Shown here in pieces: positions 45,363-55,099 of a stretch of 64,000 nt of DNA (positions are counted from its first letter, which is position 1; every line of letters starts with the position of its first letter). The notes beneath the pieces were generated by a model. That model was not told the DNA's origin and did no database searches. It saw nothing but the letters and a program-made list of their open reading frames with translations. The DNA is from Pedosphaera sp. Lineage in GTDB: Bacteria; Verrucomicrobiota; Verrucomicrobiia; Limisphaerales; SIBH01. The stretch is taken from NCBI GenBank assembly GCA_031414955.1, contig JANOQV010000149.1:8979-72978 (forward strand), read 5' to 3'. The position numbers and the translations under genes were made by a program.

Positions 45363-46334
45363 ATGTCTGTTCGTACCGGTAAGGAACTGTTGCTGGCCAC
45401 CAAGCCGTATGCCGTGGATTCAGCGGCGCGGAGCTGGTGGCACATTTTGTCCACGGCGGCGCTGCTGGTGGCGGCCTTCACGGGGGCCTGCCTCAATTTT
45501 CACTGGGTCGCCCAGCTCGCGTGCGGCTTCGCCGCCGGTCTGCTGATGCTGCGCATGTTCGTCATCTATCACGACCAGCAGCACCATGCGATCCTGCCGC
45601 GATCACGCGCGGCGGAGACCCTGATGCGCCTCTTCGGCATTCTGGTGCTCAGCCCGAGCAGCATCTGGCGCAGTTCGCACAACCACCATCACAACCACAA
45701 TTCCAAGCTGCGTGGGGCGCACATCGGCTCTTTCCCCATCATGACCCTGGAACAATTTGGCAAAATATCGGGTGGCCGGAGGTTCAAGTACCTGTTCATG
45801 CGCCACCCGCTCACCATCCTGTTCGGCTATGTGTTCATCTTCCTGTTTGGCATGTGCGTTTATCCGTTCTTCAACAGCCCGTCGAAGCATTACGATTCGC
45901 TGATCGCCTTCCTCGTCCATCTCGTGCTCGCCGTCTGCGTGACGATCTTCCTGGGCTGGCCGACGCTGGTCTGCGCGATGCTGGTGCCTTATTTCGTCGC
46001 CTCGGCGCTGGGTTCCTATCTGTTTTACGCGCAACATAATTTTCCGACCGTCACCTTCAGCGACAACGCGGGTTGGACTTACGAGACGGCCGCGTTGAAG
46101 TCCTCCAGCTTCATGAAGACCAACCGGCTCATGGCCTGGGTCACGGCCAACATCGGGTATCATCATGTGCATCATCTGAACGCGCGCATCCCGTTCTACC
46201 GGTTGCCCGAAGTGATGAAGGCCCTGCCGGAATTGCAAGGCGCGAAGACGACTTCGCTGCACCCCGTGGAAGTCTGGCGTTGTCTGCGGCTCAAGGTCTG
46301 GGACGTGGCCGCGCAACGCATGGTGGGATTGTAG
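45363..46334 (+). CDS. membrane fatty acid desaturase
   Basis: His boxes HDQQH, HNHHH, HHVHH; QH motif; hydrophobic segments. Confidence 0.9.
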   Translation: MSVRTGKELLLATKPYAVDSAARSWWHILSTAALLVAAFTGACLNFHWVAQLACGFAAGLLMLRMFVIYHDQQHHAILPRSRAAETLMRLFGILVLSPSSIWRSSHNHHHNHNSKLRGAHIGSFPIMTLEQFGKISGGRRFKYLFMRHPLTILFGYVFIFLFGMCVYPFFNSPSKHYDSLIAFLVHLVLAVCVTIFLGWPTLVCAMLVPYFVASALGSYLFYAQHNFPTVTFSDNAGWTYETAALKSSSFMKTNRLMAWVTANIGYHHVHHLNARIPFYRLPEVMKALPELQGAKTTSLHPVEVWRCLRLKVWDVAAQRMVGL

Positions 46335-46400
46335 CGGCGCGGAGCGCGGGCCGGAGGTTCGCGTTTCAATGAGTTGGGCGCCACGCCCTTTCCCAGCCTC

Positions 46401-47120
46401 TCAATCCAGATAATTCGCCGCGTTGTCCTCCGGAGCGTAGCCCAGAACCGCCCGCGCGTGATCGATGTCCCAGCAGCGCTCGGTGTTATCCGACAACCCA
46501 AAGAAAATGCCGAACTTCACCTGGCTGCGGATTGATTTCACCACCAGCTGGGTGAGGTCGCGCGGACTGCACCATTCACGCTGCACGTCGTGGCCGGGGA
46601 GGCGGAGGAGCGGATCATCATAGCCGCGAAAGAAGCAAAGGCGGATCACAATGGCCGACATCCCGTGCCGATCCGAGAAGTGGCGGGCCAGCGCCTCACC
46701 GAAAAGCTTGGTACAGGCATAGACCGTGGAGGGGCGCGGAAGCATGTCGGCGGTCACGCGCGCGCCCTTGGGATTGTTCAGCACGGTCTGGCCCGTGCTG
46801 GGAAAGATGAACTTCATCACGCCTGCTGATCGTGCCGCCTCGAAGGCGTTGTAGGTGCCGGCGAGATTCACCGGCAGGAGTTGCGTGTGAAAATCCGCCT
46901 CGTCGGAGATGGCCGCAAGGTGAAGCACGGCCTCGACACCGGCGCAGGCGCGCTGGAGCGCCGCGAAATCCTGAACGTCGCCCACGATGGTTTCGTCATC
47001 GCCCACGACGGTCATCGGTTTGGTATCGAAGAGCCGCAAGGCGAACTGTTCGCGCAACAGCGGCAGTATCTCCTGGCCGACCCGACCGCAGGGGCCGGTG
47101 ATTAAAATCCTTTCACGCAC
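46401..47120 (-). CDS. NAD(P)-dependent epimerase/dehydrogenase, uronate dehydrogenase-like
   Basis: ILITGPCGRVG, HLAA, YACTK, WCSPRD. Confidence 0.82.
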   Translation of the reverse strand: MRERILITGPCGRVGQEILPLLREQFALRLFDTKPMTVVGDDETIVGDVQDFAALQRACAGVEAVLHLAAISDEADFHTQLLPVNLAGTYNAFEAARSAGVMKFIFPSTGQTVLNNPKGARVTADMLPRPSTVYACTKLFGEALARHFSDRHGMSAIVIRLCFFRGYDDPLLRLPGHDVQREWCSPRDLTQLVVKSIRSQVKFGIFFGLSDNTERCWDIDHARAVLGYAPEDNAANYLD

Positions 47121-47166
47121 GGGCCGATTGCAATTTCAGGCCGCGAAATGTTCAATCGCCAAATCC

Positions 47167-49263
47167 ATGAAGCTGCTGATTTTATTTTTCACGACCTTGG
47201 TATTGTCCCTGCGTCTGAACGCCGCCGTCATCGAGACGGACATCTGTGTCTTCGGCGGTTCTTCAGCGGGCATCATTGCGGCCATCCAGGCCAAGAAGCT
47301 CGGCCAGAGCGTCGTGCTCGTGGAACCGGGGAAATTCCTGGGCGGGCTGACCTCGGGCGGCCTGGGGGCCACGGACATCGGCAACAAGGCGGCCATTGGC
47401 GGATTATCGCGCGAGTTTTATCACCGCATCGCCCGGCACTATGCCAGGGACAATTCCTGGAAGATCGAGCAGCGGGTTGATTACTTCAGCAGGCGGGGCA
47501 GCGGACAATCGGCGGCCTCGAACCTGGACGCGGCGGATGCGACCATGTGGACCTTCGAGCCGAAAGTGGCCCGCGCGGTTTATGACCAATGGTTGCAGGA
47601 GGCGGATGTGCGCGTGCTGCGCGAGCAGCGATTGAAAGCGGTGCTGATGACGGGCCTGCGCATCGCGGAAATCACGGCTGAAAATGGCAATGTCTTCCGC
47701 GCCAAGATGTTCATCGACTGCACCTACGAAGGCGACCTCATGGCGAAGGCGGGCGTATCCTATCACGTTGGGCGCGAGGCGAACGCGACGTATGGCGAGA
47801 CGTTGAACGGGATTTGCGCGCACACGCCGAAGCATCAATTCACCGCGGTGGTTGATCCCTACGTAAAGCCGGGCGACGCCAGCAGCGGGTTGCTTCCGTT
47901 CCTCCAAACCGGCGATGGCGGCAAACCCGGCGACGGCGACCAGCGCGTCCAGACTTACAATTACCGCCTCTGCTTCACCACCAACGCCGCGAATCGCGGC
48001 GCGGTGGTGCCGCCGCCAAATTACGACGCGGCCAAGTTCGAACTGCTCGCCCGCTACCTCGAAGCGCTCGTCGCCGCTGGGAAGAAACCAAGGCTGGCGG
48101 AATTCTGGAACCCCATCTGGATGCCGAACCAGAAGACGGACATCAACAACAACGGCGGCTTCTCCACCGACTTCATCGGGGCCAACTGGGATTATCCCGA
48201 AGCCGACTACACCAGGCGCGAACTCATCGCGAAGGAACACGAGCACTACACGCGCGGCTTTCTCACCTTCCTGGCCACCAGTCCCCGCGTGCCCGAGAAT
48301 TTGCGCCGCGAAATGCAAAGCTGGGGTCCGTGCCGGGATGAGTTCCCGGAGACCGGCGGCTGGCCCAACCAGCTCTACGTGCGAGAGGCCCGCCGCCTGA
48401 TTTCCGACTACGTGATGACTGAGAAGAATTGCCGCGGCCAGGAAGTAATCCACGACTCGGTGGGGCTGGCCGCCTACAACATGGATTCGCACAACTGCCA
48501 GCGCATCGTGAAAAACGGCCGCGCCGAGAACGAAGGCGACGTGCAAGTGCCGCCCATGAAGCCCTACCCGATTTCCTACCGCTCGCTTGTCCCCAAGCTG
48601 GGCCAGTGCGAGAACCTGTTCGTGCCGGTGTGCATGGCGGCATCACACATTGCCTACGGCTCTATCCGCATGGAGCCGGTCTTCATGATCCTCGCCGAGT
48701 CGAGCGCCACGGCGGCCGTGCTGGCTCTGGAGGAACAAGTCTCTGTGCAAAAAATAAATTACGCCAAGCTCCGCGTCCGCCTGCTCGCGGACAAACAAGT
48801 CCTCGACTGGACGAACTCCGCCCCGCCCCGCGCCGCCCTCACTCCGGTGAAACTGGGCGGTCTGGTGCTCGACGACAGCGCCGCCGAACAGACCGGCGCT
48901 TGGGTTGAGTCCAGCGCGGTCGGTCATCACGTCGGCCCGGGCTATCTCCATGACGGCCACGCGCACAAAGGGCAGATGGCGATCACCTTCACCCCGGAGA
49001 TCGCCGTGGCGGGCGAGTACGAACTGGTTCTCATCTCCACGCCCAACCAGAACCGCGCCAGCAATGTGCCGGTGACCGTGCAGGTGGGCGGCCAATCCCA
49101 CGCCCGTCGCGTCAACCAACGGACCGGCCATGGTCTCGCCTCGCTGGGCCGGTTCAAACTGCCCCGCGGCCGCGAGACCAAAGTGACCATCTCCAATGCC
49201 GGCACCGACGGACATGTGGTGGTGGACGGTTTGCAACTGGTGCCCGCCCAGCCCACGCCGTAG
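47167..49263 (+). CDS. secreted FAD-dependent oxidoreductase with a C-terminal xanthan-lyase/golvesin-like domain
   Basis: signal peptide; GGSSAG..AA, GGLTSGGL, IDCTYEGD, YVREARR, SHIAYGSIRMEP; NRASNVPV...GHVVVDG. Confidence 0.88.
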   Translation: MKLLILFFTTLVLSLRLNAAVIETDICVFGGSSAGIIAAIQAKKLGQSVVLVEPGKFLGGLTSGGLGATDIGNKAAIGGLSREFYHRIARHYARDNSWKIEQRVDYFSRRGSGQSAASNLDAADATMWTFEPKVARAVYDQWLQEADVRVLREQRLKAVLMTGLRIAEITAENGNVFRAKMFIDCTYEGDLMAKAGVSYHVGREANATYGETLNGICAHTPKHQFTAVVDPYVKPGDASSGLLPFLQTGDGGKPGDGDQRVQTYNYRLCFTTNAANRGAVVPPPNYDAAKFELLARYLEALVAAGKKPRLAEFWNPIWMPNQKTDINNNGGFSTDFIGANWDYPEADYTRRELIAKEHEHYTRGFLTFLATSPRVPENLRREMQSWGPCRDEFPETGGWPNQLYVREARRLISDYVMTEKNCRGQEVIHDSVGLAAYNMDSHNCQRIVKNGRAENEGDVQVPPMKPYPISYRSLVPKLGQCENLFVPVCMAASHIAYGSIRMEPVFMILAESSATAAVLALEEQVSVQKINYAKLRVRLLADKQVLDWTNSAPPRAALTPVKLGGLVLDDSAAEQTGAWVESSAVGHHVGPGYLHDGHAHKGQMAITFTPEIAVAGEYELVLISTPNQNRASNVPVTVQVGGQSHARRVNQRTGHGLASLGRFKLPRGRETKVTISNAGTDGHVVVDGLQLVPAQPTP

Positions 49264-49390
49264 CCGCTCGGGGAGCACCGCCACGCCACGGGCCGCCGGC
49301 TTTGCCCGCCAGACGGAGGACCGCAGACGCCACAGTTCGGAGCCTCGGGAAATGGCGGAGTGAGTACGACCGCGCAGGCGAAGAACGCAC

Positions 49391-49840
49391 TCACCTCCCT
49401 CGCTCTAAGGTGGACTCGATCCGGTTTTGCACCGCGCGGGACAATGGCCAGCCCAGCAGCGAATCAAAGGCCGCGAATTGCCACGCGAGCACGATCAGCC
49501 AGAACACGATCTGGTAGCTGCCCTTGGAACATTTGTGCCGCAGCCGCCGCTGCGCCAGCCACGCCCCCGGCCAGCCGCCCAGTAATTCCAGCAGATGCAA
49601 GCGCGCCTCGGACACTCGCCATTCGCCCTCCTGGGCCCGCCGTTTGTCCCAGGCATAGGCCCAATAGGTGAGCGCATTCAGAACCAAGGCATAAGCTCCG
49701 ACCCATCGCCACTCCACGCCGCGCCGCTGCCAGGCCACGACCGGCAAGACCAGCAGAACGCCCAGCACCAACAGACTCATCGACCGGGCTTCGGCACCGC
49801 CCTGGGCGGGGCGGCTAGGTCGGCGTTTGAGGTTGATCAT
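49391..49840 (-). CDS. DUF1294 family membrane protein
   Basis: YAWDKRRA...WRVSEARLH...GGWPGA...RHK. Confidence 0.88.
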   Translation of the reverse strand: MINLKRRPSRPAQGGAEARSMSLLVLGVLLVLPVVAWQRRGVEWRWVGAYALVLNALTYWAYAWDKRRAQEGEWRVSEARLHLLELLGGWPGAWLAQRRLRHKCSKGSYQIVFWLIVLAWQFAAFDSLLGWPLSRAVQNRIESTLERGR

Positions 49841-50298
49841 CGAGAGTTCGTCGCCGAAGTGGCACGCAGTTCAGGATGGCTGATTTGGCCGCCGCTGTGC
49901 GCTGTCCGCGCGTAGAGCAGAGCGGTGAGCAACCCAAGCGTCACCACGAGAGCCAGAGTCCATCTGCGCAACGGACGTCCCCGCCGCGAGAGGAAAAGTG
50001 TCAGGGCTGAAGCCAGCCCGAGAAGGAACACGGCGGTAGTCACCTGATCGCCAGTCTGCTCGTGGCGGGCCACGAGATCCTTCACCGGCGCGAGTTGGGG
50101 CGCGGCCTGTTCAGCCGCGAAGTCGCCGGTGAACTTGATGGCAATGGCCGCGGCGGCCAGCAGCGTGAGCGACCAGAGCGAGAGCCGCATCACATCGCTG
50201 CTCTTGCGCCACCAGCCGATGACCAGCAGCAACACGAGCAGGGGAAGGCCGACCACCGGCAGGTGGTTCAGCGCCAGGTGAAGTTGAATCCAATCCAT
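49837..50298 (-). CDS. four-TM membrane protein, DUF2231-like, with conserved His residues
   Basis: HLALNHLP, TG..A, RHE, AHSGGQISHPE. Confidence 0.7.
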   Translation of the reverse strand: MDWIQLHLALNHLPVVGLPLLVLLLVIGWWRKSSDVMRLSLWSLTLLAAAAIAIKFTGDFAAEQAAPQLAPVKDLVARHEQTGDQVTTAVFLLGLASALTLFLSRRGRPLRRWTLALVVTLGLLTALLYARTAHSGGQISHPELRATSATNSR

Positions 50299-50319
50299 GT
50301 GGTGAGCTTACGCGGTTAT

Positions 50320-51135
50320 CTACGGGGCCGGCCAGCCCATCATCTGACGGATGATCCGCAGCGCCTCAGGATCATCCGGGAACATGACGGGCAACTCAGT
50401 GGTGCGCGCAGTGGACTCGCCGGTGCGACGCACCTTCGCCTTCACCGGGCAGCCGCAGACGCTGTAGATGAAGGTGAACTCATGCTCGGCACCGTCAGGC
50501 CATAGATCGCGCACGGTGCCGGGCGTGTTGTTGATGGGCAGGTCGAGCACGGGCTTCAGACCCTTCGAACCATCGAGCAGCCAGGACCGGCCGGCGACAT
50601 TGGCCATGTAGATGGTGAGTTGCTTCGGATGGGGCGGAGCATTGGTGGAGGCGACGATCCTGGATTTCCAAAGCACTTCACCCGTGCGGCGGAAGACCAG
50701 CGAGCCGAGTCCAGGCTTCTCCATGCTGAGGTGCATCTGGATGTGCAGCTTGCCGTCGGCGGTGACTGAACCATCGGCATCGAGCACGGCGAAGGTGCGG
50801 CTGGTTCCGGTGTCGGCCTGCGAGATGCGTTCGATTTCCCGGAGCGCCTCGTGCATGGGCGGCGGCTTGGGACCAAGGTCGAGTTCCACCGTGACCATGA
50901 GCGACTGGGCGACCTCGGTCACGGGCGGGGAATTGCTGCCGGAGTTCTGGGCGGACGCAATTTGGATCGCGGGCGGGCTGCGCGTCGGCGTGTGGAAGCC
51001 ACGCCAAAGGCTCACGCTGGCCGCGAGCGCGACACACACCGCCAGCCCCAGCTTGATTTTCATGGCGCGGGTCAACCCGGGGCGACCCGTCTCGGCCCCA
51101 GGTCCACGGCGATGGTTTTGCTTTTGTTTGCTCAT
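50320..51135 (-). CDS. membrane-anchored hypothetical protein
   Basis: single TM helix, soluble beta-rich domain, YSVCGCP motif. Confidence 0.7.
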   Translation of the reverse strand: MSKQKQNHRRGPGAETGRPGLTRAMKIKLGLAVCVALAASVSLWRGFHTPTRSPPAIQIASAQNSGSNSPPVTEVAQSLMVTVELDLGPKPPPMHEALREIERISQADTGTSRTFAVLDADGSVTADGKLHIQMHLSMEKPGLGSLVFRRTGEVLWKSRIVASTNAPPHPKQLTIYMANVAGRSWLLDGSKGLKPVLDLPINNTPGTVRDLWPDGAEHEFTFIYSVCGCPVKAKVRRTGESTARTTELPVMFPDDPEALRIIRQMMGWPAP

Positions 51136-51321
51136 GCGCTGCTGAATCAGCCGCAGGTTAGCAGTGGGGAGCGGCCGCCGACAATCTCGCTGTCGCATCT
51201 CGCTGTCGCGACTTCCAGCTCGCCGAGGACATCTTGGCCGCATCGCCGGAACGCTGCGATGACGAGACTGTCATCAGAAGCTTAAAGACGAATCTCCCCG
51301 GCTGTGGCAGGGTTTCGCCAC

Positions 51322-53682
51322 ATGATTGTCACGAAATCGTTTCCTGCTTCGCCGCGTTTGACAGGCTCACTCGGGCAACTCCGGCGTGCATTTTTCCTCA
51401 TCGCCGCGCTGGTGATGGCTGCGCTGGTGGAACAGACCCACGCCGCCGCGCCGCACCGCTACGACCATGTGGTGGTGGTCATCGAGGAGAACCGCAGTGT
51501 GACCCAAATCATCGGCGACCTGGTGAATGCGCCCTACATCAACTCGCTGGCCAACTCGGGTGTGAAGCTGGGCAGCATGTTCGCCATCACACATCCCAGC
51601 CAGCCCAACTACCTCGAACTGTTCGCGGGCGGGAACCAGGGCGTGATCGATGACAACTTGCCGCCGAATTTCTCCACCACCCCGACCAGCACCTATCCGT
51701 TTCGCACCTTGAACCTGGGTTATGAAATCATCACGGCGGGATTCACCTTCGCCGGCTACAGCGACGAACTGGAGAGCGCGGGCGCGACGGATTGGGCGGA
51801 CTACGATCCTCACTCCGCCACCCACCCGGGGATTTACTACCGGCGCAAACACAATCCGTGGGCCAACTGGATTGCGAAGGAGTTGCCGCTGGCGAATTAC
51901 CAGATGACCAGCACGGTCAACCGGGCCTTCATCGACTTCCCCACCAACTTCGCCCCGGCCAGCTTCGCCGCGCTGCCCACGGTGAGCCTGGTGGTGCCCA
52001 ATCAGTTGCACGACATGCACGACGGAACGCGCAAGCAAGGCGACAACTGGCTGCGCGACAACCTGAACAACTACGCGCTCTGGGCCAGGACGAACAACAG
52101 CCTGCTCGTCATCACCTGGGACGAGGATGACTTCAACGGCGTGAACCAGATCGCCACCGTGCTGCACGGCGCCGCGCTGCGCGATGGCACCACCGCCGGC
52201 GGCACCTGGACGCTGCACAATCTGCTGCGCACCATCGAGGACATGTACGGCAGCACCAACCACGCTGGCTCCGCCGCGCAGGTGCGCCCGATCGTCGGGC
52301 CGTTCGTCGATGATCCGACGGTGACAACGATCTCTTTCCGTCAGGGCGCGGCTGGCTACACCGGTGCGCTGGATACCCAGGTCTGGGCTGAAACTCCGGC
52401 CGCGAACCAGGCCGCCACGGAACTCATCACCGCCGACCTCGACACGGTGGGCACCGCCGGCAACCAGGTGGGCCAGGTGCTCATCCGTTTCAATTCCATC
52501 TTTGGCAATGGGGCCGGCCAGTTGCCCACGAATGCCACCGTTCACTCCGCCAAGCTCATCATGTTCACGCCGCTGAGTCCTTCGGGAGCCGACTATGATT
52601 CCAGCGATGTCTTCCGGCTGCATCGGATGCTGATCGAATGGAGTGACACCGCCACTTGGGACTCATTGGTGGGCGGTGCCGCCACGGACGACATTGAGGC
52701 CGCCACCATCGAGAGTTTCGCACTCGTGCCGGAAGTGGATGGCGCGCCGGCCATTTTCGACGTGACCGGCGATGTCGATCTGTTCCGCCTCGGCACCACC
52801 AATCGCGGCTGGCTCATCCGCCCCTCCACCAGCGGCACCGGGAACGGCTGGTCGATGGCTTCCAGCGAATGGACCTCGAACCTCGTGCAGCGCCCGACTC
52901 TCGAAATCACCTATTCCGTGCCCACGCCGCCCACGCCGATCACCTTCGTTTCGACGGGGGCCGTCTGGCGTTACCTCGACAACGGCACCGACCAGGGCAC
53001 GGCCTGGCGGAGCAATAGCTTCAATGATGCGGCCTGGGCGAGCGGCCCGGCCATGCTCGGCTATGGCGACGCCAATGGAGTTTTGCCGCGCACGACCAAC
53101 AGCTTTGGTCCGGCTTCGACCAACAAGTACATCACCACTTACTACCGCCGCCCGTTCGTCGTGGCCAACGCCGCCAAGGTCCAGTCGCTTTCCGCGCGGC
53201 TCCAGCGCGACGATGGCGCGGTGGTTTACCTGAACGGCGCCGAAGTTTGGCGCCACAACATGCCGGCGGGCACCATCACCAACCTGACCCGCGCCTCGGC
53301 CACGGTCAGTGGCGCGGCCGAATCGACCTTTTTCGTGAACCCCCTCAGTGCCGGATCGCTCCAGAACGGCACCAACGTGCTGGCCGTGGAGATTCATCAG
53401 GATTTGCCCACCAGCAGCGACATCGCCTTCGACTTCGAGCTGACTGGCACGGTGGTGCTCTCGAGCCTGCCGACGTTGTCCCTCGCGCGCGCGAATGGCC
53501 TCGCCACGTTCCGGTGGCCGGCGGAGGCGAGCAGCTTCGGTCTGCGTGCCGCGACGAACCTGGTGCCGCCCGTGACTTGGACGGCTGTGACCAACGTGCC
53601 CGCGCTCACGAATGGCGCGTGGACGGTCGTCCTGCCGGCTCCGGCGGACGGCCCGCGCTTCTACCAGCTCCAGTCGCCGTAA
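51322..53682 (+). CDS. secreted phosphoesterase (acid phosphatase/PLC-like) with DNRLRE-like and galactose-binding-like domains and a C-terminal RFYQ domain
   Basis: HVVVVIEENRS, THPSQPNY, YRRKHNPW, DMHDG, ITWDED; GYTGALDT..LIRF..SAKL..RPTLEITY; DDGAVVYLNG..NVLAVEIHQ. Confidence 0.88.
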   Translation: MIVTKSFPASPRLTGSLGQLRRAFFLIAALVMAALVEQTHAAAPHRYDHVVVVIEENRSVTQIIGDLVNAPYINSLANSGVKLGSMFAITHPSQPNYLELFAGGNQGVIDDNLPPNFSTTPTSTYPFRTLNLGYEIITAGFTFAGYSDELESAGATDWADYDPHSATHPGIYYRRKHNPWANWIAKELPLANYQMTSTVNRAFIDFPTNFAPASFAALPTVSLVVPNQLHDMHDGTRKQGDNWLRDNLNNYALWARTNNSLLVITWDEDDFNGVNQIATVLHGAALRDGTTAGGTWTLHNLLRTIEDMYGSTNHAGSAAQVRPIVGPFVDDPTVTTISFRQGAAGYTGALDTQVWAETPAANQAATELITADLDTVGTAGNQVGQVLIRFNSIFGNGAGQLPTNATVHSAKLIMFTPLSPSGADYDSSDVFRLHRMLIEWSDTATWDSLVGGAATDDIEAATIESFALVPEVDGAPAIFDVTGDVDLFRLGTTNRGWLIRPSTSGTGNGWSMASSEWTSNLVQRPTLEITYSVPTPPTPITFVSTGAVWRYLDNGTDQGTAWRSNSFNDAAWASGPAMLGYGDANGVLPRTTNSFGPASTNKYITTYYRRPFVVANAAKVQSLSARLQRDDGAVVYLNGAEVWRHNMPAGTITNLTRASATVSGAAESTFFVNPLSAGSLQNGTNVLAVEIHQDLPTSSDIAFDFELTGTVVLSSLPTLSLARANGLATFRWPAEASSFGLRAATNLVPPVTWTAVTNVPALTNGAWTVVLPAPADGPRFYQLQSP

Positions 53683-53701
53683 CCCTGTGTCTGGGGAATT
53701 C

Positions 53702-54562
53702 TCATTCCTCGAACAGCTTTAGCGGATTCACCTGCGCCGGCAGCACCCGCCCGCCGTCGAACATTTTCTCCAGCCTGCCGCCCCGCCAGCGTCGCAGCCG
53801 GTAGAGCGTGCCAAACGTGAAATCCGCCGCCGCCCCGCCCTGGCCGCCCGCCACCTCGCCGCCGCGCCGCACGTTGTCGATCATCCAGCCCGGCAACGAG
53901 AGATGATACGGGTTCCTCTTCACCTCGCCGACGTGGAAGGTCAACGCGGTGATCAAATCACCCAGGTCCGCCGCGCTGACCTCGACCGTCAGGTTCGGCG
54001 TCTTCATCGCGCCCCAAAACTCCGTCTCCACCGCGAAGCACTCGAAACTCGCCGGCAACATCCGCAACGCATCGACCACGAGATGATGCGTGCCGATGTG
54101 CGAGCTGTTCCAATCGTCGTCGTGCGGGAACAAAATCACGCGAGGCTGATGTTGCGAGAGAATGTCGGCGATCACCTTCACCGACTGCGCCCAATACGCC
54201 GGCTCCTGCTCGCGACACTTCACGTTCACCTTCTCCAGCCCGGCCGGCGCCGTCTGCACCAGCCCGAAGCCGATGCAATCGCAACAGGCCCGCAGCTCGA
54301 TGAGCCGTTCCGCCTGCCGAGCCTGGTTGCTGCCCTGCGTCACGGCCACGTTGATCACGTTCCACCGTGCCTCGCGCAACAAGCGTAGCGCCAGCCCGCC
54401 GATGATGACCTCGTCGTCGGGATGCGGCGAAAAAATCAAAACCTTCGGCGCGTCGGGCGCGATGGTCGGCCGGGCGCATTTTGAAAAACCGCCCAGCGGC
54501 CAGCTCTGGCCTTCCTTGGCCAGCCGGGCGTATGCAGAGACGAAGTGGTGATAGGGGTTCAC
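53702..54562 (-). CDS. PIG-L/LmbE family N-deacetylase
   Basis: FSPHPDDE, R..E, PHDDDWNSSH. Confidence 0.88.
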   Translation of the reverse strand: MNPYHHFVSAYARLAKEGQSWPLGGFSKCARPTIAPDAPKVLIFSPHPDDEVIIGGLALRLLREARWNVINVAVTQGSNQARQAERLIELRACCDCIGFGLVQTAPAGLEKVNVKCREQEPAYWAQSVKVIADILSQHQPRVILFPHDDDWNSSHIGTHHLVVDALRMLPASFECFAVETEFWGAMKTPNLTVEVSAADLGDLITALTFHVGEVKRNPYHLSLPGWMIDNVRRGGEVAGGQGGAAADFTFGTLYRLRRWRGGRLEKMFDGGRVLPAQVNPLKLFEE

Positions 54563-54575
54563 AAATTTTTATTCT

Positions 54576-54878
54576 TCACGTCTGGACATCGACGTCCCCG
54601 CGCGCGCCGTGCCAGACGCGGACGATGGAAGCGGTTTTGGCCTCGTGGTCGAGGCGATACACAATGCGGTATGAACGGAAAACAAGCTGGCGCCAGGCGG
54701 GATCGTTCAGTTCATGCACCACGCTGCCGATCTCGGGAAATTCAGCCAGCACTTGGGCCCGGTCGTAAATTCCATAGCCCATCGAACGGGCCGCGTCGGG
54801 ATTTTGGCGTGCGACATAGCGGACCAGCGCGCCGAGGTCGTCACTGGCCCGTTCGGTCCAGATTATTTTGAAAGCCAT
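54576..54878 (-). CDS. type II toxin, RelE/ParE family
   Basis: FKIIWTERASDDL...LAEFPEIG...YRIVY...IVRVWHGAR. Confidence 0.9.
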   Translation of the reverse strand: MAFKIIWTERASDDLGALVRYVARQNPDAARSMGYGIYDRAQVLAEFPEIGSVVHELNDPAWRQLVFRSYRIVYRLDHEAKTASIVRVWHGARGDVDVQT

Positions 54879-55048
54879 GAGTCGAGCCGCCGCTTCATCT
54901 CTTCGTTCGACACGACCCGGCCATGTTGCAAGTCCTGCTCGCCCTCGCGGACGGCGGCGAGGAAGGCGACTTGCTCGGCGATGTCATGGAAGCTGGCTTC
55001 ATCCGGCAGGCGATGGACGGCCTCAAGAATCATCTGCTTCGCGTTCAT
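54863..55048 (-). CDS. cognate antitoxin
   Basis: 61 aa, AKQMILEAVHRLPD...GEQDLQHGRVVSNEE; overlaps the toxin start. Confidence 0.8.
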   Translation of the reverse strand: MNAKQMILEAVHRLPDEASFHDIAEQVAFLAAVREGEQDLQHGRVVSNEEMKRRLDSWLSK

Positions 55049-55054
55049 GGTGGC

Positions 55055-55083
55055 AAATTAGCGGGCCGCTTTCGTCGGGGCAA
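55055..55083 (-). promoter_or_regulatory. sigma70-like leaderless promoter of the TA pair
   Basis: TTGCCC-N17-TAATTT-N6-ATG. Confidence 0.6.
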
Positions 55084-55099
55084 GCCAGCGATGGCAGGC

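Noticed and set aside
51185..51210. Direct repeat atctcgctgtcgc x2
   Set aside because: An isolated 13-bp duplication with no other copy or associated feature.
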